This document shows positions 24,171-36,805 of a stretch of DNA of 64,000 bases, piece by piece (position 1 is the stretch's first letter; each line of letters opens with the position of its first letter). The notes beneath the pieces were generated by a model. The model saw nothing but the letters and a program-made list of their open reading frames with translations, was not told the DNA's origin and searched no databases. The stretch comes from Octopus bimaculoides (taxonomy: Eukaryota), in contig NC_069001.1 in NCBI RefSeq assembly GCF_001194135.2, positions 25,945,731 to 26,009,730 on the forward strand, in the 5' to 3' direction. The translations under genes and the position numbers were made by a program.

Positions 24171-24462
24171 TTCGTCGTCGACGACCCACTTCTTCCTTTC
24201 CTTCAACATCATCTCATCACAAACGTCATCGTTTTGACGAACTTGCAAGGATTTAAGAACTACAGAAATATGTCAAACGATATCTCTTCCAGCTCACATT
24301 CTTGTTATATTTATTCCTACTGTAGCAAATTAGACTTTCCGTATTGAAGCGAAAATGCTCTTCATGTGCAGGGACAAATGTTATTAGAGTTAACATAGTA
24401 CTCTAAAAACAAGTGGCCTTTAGTAGGAAGGATTATCCCTATTATTATTATCATCATCATCA

Positions 24463-24524
24463 AGGCACCGAGCTGGCAGAATCGTTAGAACTTTGGGCGA
24501 AATGCTAAGCGGTATTTCGTCTTT
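24463..24524 (+). mobile_element. SINE family A head, truncated after tatttcgtcttt
   Basis: aggcaccgagctggcagaatcgttagaactttgggcgaaatgctaagcggtatttcgtcttt. SINE similarity stops abruptly. Confidence 0.8.
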
Positions 24525-25239
24525 GAGGTATTCGATGCAATCTCCGACCTCATAGGTTTTCCTAACAACATAAATCTTTCGCAGCTTGACCAACCTTCAG
24601 TCCTGGGTCAAGCACTGACTGAAGCAGAACGCTTGGCAACTAGTGACATCAGGCGCTCACAACCCTCTATAGAGTTTGAGTGACGGGATAAAATAACAAC
24701 GATCTTGGAGCGAATTTGGCCGTCGAGGAGAATCTATTGTTTGATCCGCTCCGGATAATTTTCAGACCAGAATCAACAGATAAGTAACAGCAACCTCTCG
24801 CCTTGCAGTTCTATTAGCTGGGGTAGATTAGATGGAGTAGATTTTCAAAGGTAAGGAAGTGCCGTCAGTCGAACTTACCTTATATGCGCGAAGAGCGACA
24901 AAACTATCTTGCACGCACTTGTCCAATCCTTAAGAATTGGAGATTTGTTGGTTTATCTCCAACAGCTGATGTCACGCACGTAGCGGATCCGGCTATCAGT
25001 TGAGCGCATTCGTTTGACCGGGAAGGACTAGAAGTATTTATCTGTATGGCGGATTATCTGAAGATTTCGCGTAGTAGACGAAGTTGAAAGTGCTGAAGGC
25101 AGACTTCTACCTTTCTGGACAAGACATCATCACATTTTTCAATTTTCCCTTCAAATGAGAATAGAGTGTGGAGAGAGACGGGCAGCCTATGTAGCAATTT
25201 TGTCGAAAGGTTGTCAATTGTCCCTCGCGTTCGAATGTA

Positions 25240-25291
<52 letters not shown>

Positions 25292-26289
25292 GACAGTTGA
25301 TCTAGTGGTTAAATTAACCCTGCATTTCTTAGGATTTCCACGTGCAGCACTGGGAAGTTTCCACATTTCCGGGAGGTTTTGGTTCCATTGTTATTTTTAT
25401 TCCATTTTTTCCACACCTTCAGATAAAACCTCATCTTATCCTACCGTATTGAATTGTCATGTACCGATATTAGTTATTGAGTAGTCCCCGCCTCTATTAA
25501 ATTTTCTTTTTTAAACCTTGTTTCCTATGAATATATCCCTTCGTTTTCTGTGTACACCGTGTATACTTTCTTTCTTTCAATTTTGTTATCATTTCATTAT
25601 ATCTAAACCTTTACATGTATGTCTCTTTGTATTGTCCCCGCTCATCATTCACCCGTGTGGTAAATAAATGAAATTATTATTATTATTATTTATTATTATT
25701 ACCATCATCATTTTCACTATTGGTGTTGTTGCTGTCTTATTGCATTTGACAACAAAGATCCTCAGAAGTTTTCTTGTAATCCGTATCTTCATGTAATCTA
25801 TTATTCAACTCTTCTTATCAAATTTCTGTAAGCGAGCCCAGTTATTCATTGCACTATATTCACCCCGTACATTACTAACCATTCATCCAATAACACACGA
25901 ATTTTTTTTTTCTTTTTATCACTAATATGATATCAAAATCACAATATGTATCCGAAATAATATTTCGGATACGTTAACCTTTCTTTGCTTTATATAGGAT
26001 TCATAATACCATCCCTGTAACCATAACAAAATGGTAACAATTATCAATGGTTCAGCCTAAAATCGGTCAAATCGCTTTGAATTTCTGTTCAAACAAAAGG
26101 TGTATGTGTAGGTAGGCACAAGAAGCTATATTGAAATCGAAAGTAACAGCAATATATATCCTGGAGGAAACAGTCGGGCGCGCACACGCGCATTAATGGC
26201 ATCCAGCAGCTTTCATGTTTAATTCATATTGTGACTATCTTTGTATTTGGCAACGATATATTTGTCTAAAATGAAGTATCTATCTATCT

Positions 26290-26695
26290 ATATGTTTGTG
26301 TATATATATATATATATATGCGTCTGTGTATGTATATATGTATTTATATATGTATTTACATATATGTGTATGTATATATATATGTATTTACATATATATG
26401 TGTAGATATATATGTATATATATTTGTATATATATATATGTATATATATTTGTATATATATATGTATTTATATATTTGTATATATATATATGTATTTATA
26501 TATATATATATATATATGTATTTATATATATATATATATGTATTTATATATATATATATATGTATTTATATATATATATATGTATATATATTTGTATATA
26601 TATATATGTATTTATATATATGTATGTATATATATTTGTATGTATTTGTAGATATATATATGTATATATATGTATATATATGTATATATATGTAT
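26290..26695. repeat. Long compound (TA)/(TG) microsatellite running into an assembly gap
   Basis: About 400 bp of tatatatg/tatttata variants. The gap is 26696-27204. Confidence 0.95.
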
Positions 26696-27204
26696 NNNNN
26701 NNNNNNNNNNNNNNNNNNNNNNNNNNNNNNNNNNNNNNNNNNNNNNNNNNNNNNNNNNNNNNNNNNNNNNNNNNNNNNNNNNNNNNNNNNNNNNNNNNNN
26801 NNNNNNNNNNNNNNNNNNNNNNNNNNNNNNNNNNNNNNNNNNNNNNNNNNNNNNNNNNNNNNNNNNNNNNNNNNNNNNNNNNNNNNNNNNNNNNNNNNNN
26901 NNNNNNNNNNNNNNNNNNNNNNNNNNNNNNNNNNNNNNNNNNNNNNNNNNNNNNNNNNNNNNNNNNNNNNNNNNNNNNNNNNNNNNNNNNNNNNNNNNNN
27001 NNNNNNNNNNNNNNNNNNNNNNNNNNNNNNNNNNNNNNNNNNNNNNNNNNNNNNNNNNNNNNNNNNNNNNNNNNNNNNNNNNNNNNNNNNNNNNNNNNNN
27101 NNNNNNNNNNNNNNNNNNNNNNNNNNNNNNNNNNNNNNNNNNNNNNNNNNNNNNNNNNNNNNNNNNNNNNNNNNNNNNNNNNNNNNNNNNNNNNNNNNNN
27201 NNNN

Positions 27205-27365
27205 TATACACGACGGGCTTCGTTCTACTAAATCGACTCACAACGCTTTGGTCGGCCCGAGGCTACAGTAGAAGTCACTTACCCCAGGAGGCCTTGTAGT
27301 GGGACTGATCCCAGAACCATGTGGTTGAGAAGCAGTCTTCTTACCATGCAACCACTCCTGCGCCC
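27205..27365 (-). mobile_element. SINE family B, 5' half (tRNA-like head)
   Basis: acgacgggcttc...ggtcggcccgaggctacagtagaag...gtgggactgatcccagaaccatgtggtt...accactcctgcgcc. Confidence 0.8.
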
Positions 27366-27473
27366 TCTCATATATTTATTTTCTCTCCGCCTACCTACTA
27401 ATCTGGTTATCGCTTCTTTCTCTCTCCCTTTTTATCTCTCCTTCTTTCTCTCGTAATACACACACACACACAG

Positions 27474-27519
<46 letters not shown>

Positions 27520-29616
27520 ATTTATGTATGGCTATATCACGTTACTTTATTGCTACTAAGATTTGCTGTGAAACTTTTTGTGTGTTTATTTCTTTGGGTC
27601 TGTGTGTCTTAGCCTGTGAGTTTGTTCGTGTGTATATTTGTACATACACGCACATATATACATATACATGTGTGTGAAAAATAAATATGTGAGTGGGAGA
27701 AAAAGGATGTACCGTTGATAGCCACCAATATTTAATATAGAATTTAATGGTTTTTCTCTTTTTTCTTTTGCAGTTATTGCTTCAGTGATGTTTTCCAAAC
27801 GAACTCCTATCTGAATCTTCGAGTTATAGACATCTGTTTCTTAATTTGTATCCTGAGGCAAATCAGAGCATGTTCTATTTGTAAGTAGTTGATTTGTTAT
27901 TGTTTAGTTGTTCACTATGCTATTTTCAATGGAGATACGATCAATTTGTATTAACATTTTCATTATTTTCATGGATGTAATTATAATTCCTCTATGCTTC
28001 TTGTTGCGTTTTTCTAATTACAAACAACAACACTAGTTCAGTGATATTTCAGCGACCGAAGTATTTAATCGATATATTCAACCTTCACCACTTAAAATAT
28101 GGGTATATTTGTTACGTAAGATGATGTGTTTTAATCTCTTCTCGCATTTCATATAATAGGGTAGGATTTATAGTTTAAAAACAAATAGGAATATGATGCG
28201 TTTCTTTAAATTCTGATTCTAAACCATCGGATAAATTAATGGTTTGGGCTCTTTATATTCTATGTCTGTAATGTAAATATATATGTAAGGACGTAAAAGA
28301 AAACTTATTTCATTGCGTTTAGTATATTGCTCAATGCTCTCGAGCCGATATCACAGCTTTTTCACCTGTCATCGAAAATAAAACCGGAAGACAGCTCATA
28401 TTTGCAGGTGAAGGAGATCCGTGAGTAATATGAAGCTGAAATACAAACGTTATTACATTTTCTCATATGAAGTACCCGCAGGTTTTATTTCGGAAACAAA
28501 TGCATAACAACAACAGCAATAGCAATTTCATCTCCACCAACGCCAACATCATTTGTGAAATAATGGTGGTGGTGGTGTCAGCAAACCAGTTTAATTTGAA
28601 CACATTTTCGTCAAATATTTTATTCTTATTCTTGTGTCCTTTGTCCAAGTCGCATATCCTTGACACATGCCTTTTGTATTCTTGTCACTGCGATAGTCAT
28701 TGCATCCTAAGACAAACCTTAAGAATAATATTGGAAATGATAGGATAAAAGAAAAGTAATTTGCAATCACCTCGAGCATTATGGAGGATATAAAAACGTG
28801 CTTATGTACTCCGTTAGAAAAGTGGACATTGTTATATGATTTTTCTTTTTTTCTTTTCGTGATAAAAAGATGAATGTAATAAACTGCATTCTCAACGATA
28901 CAATGTTAGAAACCATAGATGTTAAGTGAATGTGCTGCGAGAAAATACCGATTCACACAAAGGTTGTGACTTCGGTAAAGTTAAAATGGTATTTGCCACG
29001 GATGAAGAAGCCCGAGGTATACAGCGTATCTTTCTGGGTATGACATGTGATAATTTGCAACATACAGAGTTTGCTGCGTGTCAAAATGTCTGCGATTAAT
29101 CATCCTGTATGTTATATTAATATTAACATGTAGAAATAGAGCAAAATCGATGTTGTTAAAATTATTCTTACTAAAATTATTCTTACTATGCCAAAAAAAA
29201 AATACAATATTTGGCATACGATAAAGTGATATTTTATTACAAACATGTACATTCTAAACTCAGTTCTCTTATGTTTTGAATGAGTATTTCCACATTTCTT
29301 CTAATATAAGAACCAGCGAGGTACGGAGGCCTGGTTATTCGACTGTAAACTCCCAGAGGTGTGGTGCACTTACACTAGAGAAAACTGAACGCAATATTTT
29401 GCAAAAATTGTAAACTGTGAAAAATGAAAGCACATCACACAGAAAACACATTGACTAATACAGTTAAATATCTATATATTTTAAGTTTATATCCAGCAAC
29501 CGTTGCCTGTGATATAAATCGTTAGAAATTATAAAATAAATGTGGAAATAGATCACCGTAGCTACACTGAAAGTGACACTGATACACATAGCACACCGGA
29601 CGCACAAATAACGTAG

Positions 29617-30466
29617 TAGGTTTTCGGGATAAATTTGACAGTCTGTATTAAAGTTTAAAATAAATAATACCTTCTCCAAAATTAAAAGTATTAGAAACTC
29701 AAAAGTGTATAAACTACATTAAGTCTACTAAATGTCACCGCGCCCAGCTTACGGCACAGCTTCAAGACGGTTCCGGAAGCTGGCGCATACATTCCTCCCT
29801 GTGTCACTGTAAAAAATTTCGAACACCCTCTTGATTTTAGCCACAAGCTTGGCCTTGGTGTTGCATGCAGATCGATAGATATATTTCTCAACTGCGCCCC
29901 ACATAGTAATTCATGGGAATTTATTTAGAGTAATTATGCTGCCAATCATTGATCCTAGTGAACTCATATAAATTCTCCGGCCACCACATTTAATACTTTC
30001 CAAAGATATAGCAAGGAGCCGAACTCTCCTGATCCACATATGTCCTTCCGATAGCACCTCTCTCCAGTCAGCGTTTGAACTCGGCCTTTAGCAGCTTCGC
30101 ATAGCCATCGTCATTGATCTTTTGACACTATGGAGATGAATTCCGGCGTGCCGAAGCAGTCAGAAGACCTGTTGTGTCTCTTTCTGCTAGTGGCGATGTT
30201 GTCTCTGTTGCAGCTGCCCATATCACGTCGTACAACCTTAAGTTCACATGGTAAGGAAGAGCAGACATGTTATCCAGCATAAATCATCAAGATACAGGTT
30301 ATTTTTCCCCATATTCAGATGGCCTACTACCGATCTTGTTAGCTACCTTTTTCTAAACTATAGCTTTATCATTATGCTCTTCGACGACATTGCCTGTTTA
30401 CCAATACATCAAAAGGTTTTTCAACAAATGAAACATAAAAAAATCAAATTTAACCCGAAGACCCTT
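29617..30466 (-). mobile_element. Internally deleted Tc1/mariner (DDxD, maT-like) transposon
   Basis: Minus-strand remnants: RKRHNRSSDCFGTPEF, GRTYVDQESSAPC (cf. QQDSAPCH), NPMNYYV.GAVEK...NTKAKLVAKIK...CASFRNRLEAV. Imperfect TIRs taggttttcgggataaatttga / tcaaatttaacccgaagaccct. Confidence 0.75.
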
Positions 30467-33144
30467 TTAAATCTCCTTCAGTAAAATGCTACATATTTCA
30501 CAGATATAGGGTCACCCAAAGGCCCACAAACAATCACTCTTCTTGTCTTGCTCTTGTAGCTCATCGACTTAGGGATCTCTGCTCCTTGAAAATGACTGTT
30601 TTCTTGATATATATACCTCGTCCTCTATTACATTCATTCTATCCCACTGATCTTTCTTATTTGCGAGCTTTAATCTCACTAGAGTAACCTTTATTTACTC
30701 CGTAGAACTCTAACCATTTTCAATTTATTCCTGCCAATATTTTTTGTGAAATCTTTGAATTGAATTTATTCGCAAAATAAATGAAGAATATTCACGTCAT
30801 CTGTGTTTGTGTGATTGTTAAAGCTACGGGAAAGTCCTGTACTTCCATAAAAAAAAAACTATCATTAACCCTCACCACAAAGCTTGTGCGGAGGAGCAAA
30901 TCCTGTACACTTTTCCCTCAAAGTATGTCTCATTTTAGCTATACGCGAAAACCCTTTGTTGACGAAATAGTAAAATATTTTAAACTCAACTACATAAATT
31001 AGACTTTCTTGTAATTAGTGTACTGATAGTCTCTATCTGCATTTTGATAACACATCTTTCCAGTATTAATATTTGATTTAATTCATACTCAGGTCGGTTT
31101 TATCAGTAACACTCGTATTTCGTCTACTGTCGCTTGCTTTCGGACACACTAAATCCTGATGAGCATCTAATCTTATACAAAGTCGACTCGTCCTTTCTGG
31201 ATCAGACGAACAATGATTTTTTAGGTCAGCTAGAGACATAAAAAGAAAAAAATACATTGTAACGTTTACCAACTCGTTTTTGTTTTCAGATAATTTAGTT
31301 ATATCTGTCTGATACAGAGTAGTTTTATTCTTTTACTTATTTCAGCCATTTTACTGCGGCTATGCTGGAACACCGCCTATATTAATTTTTTAGGTAGTGT
31401 AACGTCTAATTGAACTACCACATACGGTCACTGTCATTAATTCATCCTTTCCTTAATCATTATTTGAATCAAGTGGATTTATATGAAACGTTACAATTTC
31501 GGATGAAGACATTACATTCATTAGTGACTTTTCAGTAATTAATGTTTTCAGATATCTGACAGGTATAACTTGATACGTACTTTCCTGGTGTCAATACAAT
31601 TTCCACAGATAATCAAATCCTCTCAGTATAAACAATTGTCATTGAGTTTTGCTGTAAGATATTAATACAAAGAGATAAACTGTAAAACAAGACGTGCTTC
31701 ATTTGGAATAAAAGTACCAATCATAGGCTGAATGAATTACACAAATGTCTCGTTGTATTAAGCAGCTTGACGTCTCTAGCGCCTAAATTATAAAAGAATA
31801 TAAAGAACACGTTTAAATGTCATAAACACGAGTTCTGAATGAGTCTTGAACATCTGGTTTTATCACGTTTTAAGTTGAAGACATATATATATATATAATC
31901 TATTGTATCATATATTTATAAATTTATATACATTTAGATAACGTACACTTATTTAAATGACATTTAATTGCTCTAATTTTACAAATATACTGACTAATTT
32001 TTACCACTTTTCTAATCGTATATTTTGTTTCCTGTACGGTGCTAGTTATAGTGTCCAAGGTTAATCAACGCTATTATTACTGATGCATTGATTCTAAATT
32101 AATATATTTATCTTGCTACTTAACAATGTGCACATCCGCACATAATTTTCGAAGTCAAAGGCAATGAATAATACGCAAGATCAGGAATTAACTTACAATA
32201 TCTACTTCTTCGATTGTCTTAATAACTTATTATCAAAAACGATTAAAACTTTGTAGCTATTTAAGTTTGTAAAACGCTTGCAATTTTTCTTTAATTTTGC
32301 TGCTAGTACGAACTCAAGTATTTGTTAAATGTGATTATAATTATTTACAGTAGTTTGATTTGTACAAGAATATTGTTATTTATCAAATGGCGGTTGGTTG
32401 TAATTTTACAACGCTATTTTTGCATATATCCGTACATCTCGTACTGTCATTCACGATTTATGTGTCTCTCTTTGCAAGTTGCTATATTTCGTCATCTATT
32501 GATGTAGTTTCTATACTATTTACGTTTTGTTACTTAATGTTGTACACTATGCACTTAGTGCGTTTCTTTTCTATAACAGTCCGTCATATTTGCATGGTTG
32601 AACCGTCCCTATCAACATGAACAAAACAGCTGTATTCAATTTCCATACTTATCTGGACAATGCTCTAATATTTCGATTATATTCATTCCTAAAGGAGACA
32701 TTGTGTTGGAGCAAATAACTTTTCTGTTTTAGCTGTCAATTTGTCAAGCGGAGTAGCATTTTCCTTACGCGCTCACGCTACCCACTTGGGAAACTATCTT
32801 TCTTTCATATATAATTGCTTTGCTTAAATATTCACTGTTAAGCATGAAGAACTCATTAGACCTAAAATTACATTTGGTTATCTGAATGTCATTCTTTTCA
32901 CTTTTAAATGTGTTTATCGATGGTGAACATACTTTTACAGTTATCCATGATTTTATATCTTTGAACAATTTATGGAAAGTATGACTCTCTGAACATTAAC
33001 TTTTGATTAGGTCTCAGAAATGGTAAATTACATTCAACTTTTAATTAGATTACTTTTCATTTTAGTGATATGACCGAGATAATTTTCCTTCTCCGAAATG
33101 GATGAAGTTGCTGTTTCATATTGGGTCACTTATACATAGGCACC

Positions 33145-34076
33145 TATGCGAGGAGGGGGGGGCAGAGAAATCCCAAAAGAAATCGCAGTTTAGCAATACT
33201 ATTTTATTCACTTACTTTTATATGTTTACACTTTGTTCGCTTTTAAAGTATTCTCCATCTGAAGCAATGCCTCAGTCTTGACACATTTTCCACCGTTCGA
33301 AGTAGTCCTGGAACTCCTGTGATGTGATGCCTTTTAACGCCTCCGTCGTTTTTTTCTTGTGGTGACATTGAATACTTCCATTTACTTAATTGCTGCTTCG
33401 TTTTCGGGCCGTAGGCGTAGCACCACTTTCGTCACAAGAGATGATATTAAAAAAAAATTCGGATCAATTCCCAACTGTTCTTTCAGTTCAGGACATGCAT
33501 TCAGTGGTGACTGCTTTTGATCTACCGTGAACCAGCGAGGCACACATTTTTCTGCAACTCTTTTCATTCGCAATTCCTCGTTGAAAATTAATCGGCAGGA
33601 GCTCCAAGATACACCAATAATATCAACAACTTCCTCAACTGTTCGGCGACAATCTTCCAAGATCAGTTCATGAATTTTCCTGATGTTTTTCAGTCGTTCT
33701 GAACGTTGATCTTCAAGTGACTATTCCTAAAGCGTGAAAACTCTTCCCAAACTTATGTTTTGCTCAAGGCAGCGTCCTTGTAACTGTTTTGGCCGCCGTT
33801 TTCCCCAGCAGAAAACAGAATTTCACGGAGGTTCGATATTCTTTCGCTTCAGTCATCTCAAACATCGACAAAGCTAAGAGAAACACTGCAAAACAAAGAC
33901 GCGTGGCATTAACACTTCACTCAATGACACATGATTCTACAAAATCACTCGATGACGCTGGTCAGCAGACTAATGCCTGATTGTTACATCAAGCGTCATC
34001 AAGCGGTGGAAGCCGGAACTACAACGGGTTTTTTCACTGATAATATTTCTGGTTACTTTTGGGTATCGCCCCCGTA
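33145..34076 (-). mobile_element. Internally deleted mariner transposon
   Basis: ORF 33382-33660 reads EDCRRTVEE..GVSWSSC..IFNEELRMKRVAEKCVPRWFT.DQKQ (mariner HTH and KWVP region). The ends share degenerate TIRs of the form cgg/agg...cccaaaag. Confidence 0.85.
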
Positions 34077-34633
34077 CACACATGCAAATGCACATGCACC
34101 ACACACACACATACACACACACACACATACATACATACATATATAATCTGCATAATTGTCTCTATACATGCTTAAAGCCTCTCTTTACCTTGTGAGATCG
34201 ATTCCTTGTAAAGACATGTCGCCTAATTTTGAATCTTTTGAGCACTAAGAAGTTTCCTGTATAAATAGTATCTCTGCATGGATATATATCTATATATATA
34301 TNNNNNNNNNNNNNNNGTAAAAATAAATACAAAAAAAGGGGTTTTGTATGATTGCGTATAGAGGAATATATTATTTTGTTTAAAAGAGTTCCAACACTGT
34401 CTGTTTTTTATGTTTTATTTATATTCCTGCAAAACCAATGTTTGATATGGAATATACAATATATAATATAAAATAAAAGTGGCTGGTACAATGAAATAAA
34501 GTATTGAATGTCTTATTGAATATATGGAANNNNNNNNNNNNNNNNNNNNNNNNNNNNNNNNNNNNNNNNNNNNNNNNNNNNNNNNNNNNNNNNNNNNNNN
34601 NNNNNNNNNNNNNNNNNNNNNNNNNNNNNNNNN

Positions 34634-34667
<34 letters not shown>

Positions 34668-34669
<2 letters not shown>

Positions 34670-35311
34670 TAGATGCGGTGAATAAACTGTCCTGTAAATT
34701 ACGCAAAAATTAAAAGAACACTGACATCTCATTTGAACAGATATATTTGCCATTATTACATTAACATTTTTTGAAATACTAAAGAGTAAATTTATTTGAT
34801 AAAATTGTTATTGTTTTCAATCACGTTCTCTTACTTTTGTGGCATGGTGCCGAGTCTTTTTGGCAGATACAGTCTTCCAGCAGCTACCCTCTTTACTCAG
34901 AGTAGCGTTACTCCTCCAGACACTTAATGTAGTCTCCGTGTTGAACCTGGGGCTGCGTAGGAAGATGAATGGAGGCATAACGTCGCCATCACCAGTGATC
35001 TCTCCAAACACCATTATGTTGACTGGATGTTTGATTTTTATCACTCTCGGTTTATATTTTGTACCTGCACTTTCTTCAGATTGACACCCAAACATTCTGA
35101 AATGTATTGGAGCTTCCGTCGTTAATGCCAAGCAATACAGTATGTCATTTCCAAATTTCTCGCAGAGTGACTTGCCTCATGGTGTTGTTTTTCTCACTGA
35201 CGGTGACCAACTTACCTTACTGTGTAGTCGACAAAATAAAATTAAAAACACGATGTGCATGCGCGAAATTAAAACTACAAAATGGTGACAATTTACCCAT
35301 CGCACCCTGTA
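34668..35311 (-). mobile_element. Internally deleted Tc1/mariner (DDxD, maT-like) transposon
   Basis: ORF 34817-35131 reads KHPVNIMVFGEITGDGDVMPPFIF..RFNTE. The TIR cagggtgcgatgggtaaattgtc (right end, reverse complement) corresponds to ctagatgcggtgaataaactgtc (left end). Confidence 0.8.
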
Positions 35312-35386
35312 TACAAATATATGAGGCTTATATGGTGGGTATGTATTAGAAAGTATAGAAGAGATTTTTTGTTGAAATCATATTGA

Positions 35387-35607
35387 ATGAGCTTGCAGAA
35401 TCGTTAGCACACCGGATACAATGCTTAGCAATTAGCTCACCTTTACGCTCTGAGTTCAAACTCTGCCGATGTTGACGTTGACCTTCATCCCTTACAGGAG
35501 TGGGGCGTAAAATAGTTACCGGCTGGATGCACGGATCGATGCAATTGACCTACCTTCTCCTTCAAAGTGTCAGGCCTTGCACCTTTAGTAGAAAGGATTA
35601 TCATTAT
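35387..35607 (+). mobile_element. SINE family A, full length
   Basis: tgagcttgcagaatcgttagcacaccgg...ctctgagttcaaactctgccg...caggccttgcacctttagtagaaaggattatcattatt. Confidence 0.8.
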
Positions 35608-35611
35608 TATG

Positions 35612-35950
35612 TGAAGGTGCATGACTCAGTGCTTAGTATCACTCATAATCATGAGATAGGGTTCTCGATTCCCAGGCCGGGACATGTGTGTGTTCGTGAG
35701 GGAGACGATTTATTTCACGTGCATCCAATTCACTCAGCTGCAGTAAATGAGTCATGACGTCACTGGTACCAAGATGTATCTACCTTTCTCTCTACCCTTG
35801 GATAACATCGATGGCGTGGAGAGGGGGGTGGTATTCATGGGCGACTGCTAGTCTTCCATAAACAAATTTTCCTAGACTTCTACCTCGGAGGGGAACACTC
35901 TAAGTGCAATCCTATGGATATTTGTGACCGAAGGGTGTCTTTACCCTTTT
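35612..35950 (+). mobile_element. SINE family C (tRNA-like head plus long body)
   Basis: Head aggtgcatgactcagtgcttag...ggttctcgattcccaggccggg, with A-box-like and B-box-like motifs. It resembles the head at 55290-55385. Confidence 0.6.
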
Positions 35951-36805
35951 GAATACGCATTCGTTACACAATCAAATACAAAACAGGTGAGTTGCTGTAT
36001 AATGTTGTTTGATTTTGCAGTAGGAAATAATTCGAATATTAGAACCAAATCCCATTCTGATAGATGTTATTGAAACAGAAAGGAAATGTTTACAGAAACA
36101 AGTCATTAAACCCAAAATGTTAGTGTATCCTACAAGCACCATTCCATAATTCACCCTTAAGTATTGTAGCATCCATTTCAATTGGTTTTGCTATAACAGA
36201 CAAAGCATATATTTATTTCACTCATTCACAATAGCATTTCTCCTCTTAATTCACGCATAAACAATTTTATTTTAGGTTATCACGAATTGGAAATTTGTTG
36301 CAAGTATATTAACAGCAATAAAAAACACTGGCAATATAGTATTTGCGTCTGATTTTCTTGTGTTTAAATCTTTCTATTCAATGTTGATCACATAGTTACT
36401 TAAATTAAATAAGTTTATGCTAGACAAACTCAACCTTTACTAATTATCTTCAGTTTTGTTTCTGATATATTTTTTATCATCATTCAACAAGGACAAAAAG
36501 TATGGTATGGAATATGTAAGTATGTGTGTGTGTGATTGTGTGTGTGTTTGCGTGTCTGGATGTGTGTTTTTGTGTATGTATAAGTATGCATATATACTTA
36601 TAGTATTAATTAATACTCAATATTTAAGCAGCCTAATCTAATTATACGTATACGTATATATGTATATATGGGTACTTAAATATATATATATATANNNNNN
36701 NNNNNNNNNNNNNNNNNNNNNNNNNNNNNNNNNNNNNNNNNNNNNNNNNNNNNNNNNNNNNNNNNNNNNNNNNNNNNNNNNNNNNNNNNNNNNNATATAT
36801 ATATA

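Noticed and set aside
23664-24347. Long ORFs (poly-K, poly-L, poly-F; up to 196 aa)
   Set aside because: They are translations of the (TTC)n/polypyrimidine tract, which lacks stop codons.
26296-27299. ORFs of 200-317 aa
   Set aside because: They consist of (TA/TG)n plus N-gap read-through.
28414-28426. Possible 13-nt microexon (ttgcag|GTGAAGGAGATCC|gtgagt)
   Set aside because: There is no polypyrimidine tract, and it cannot be distinguished from chance without transcript data.
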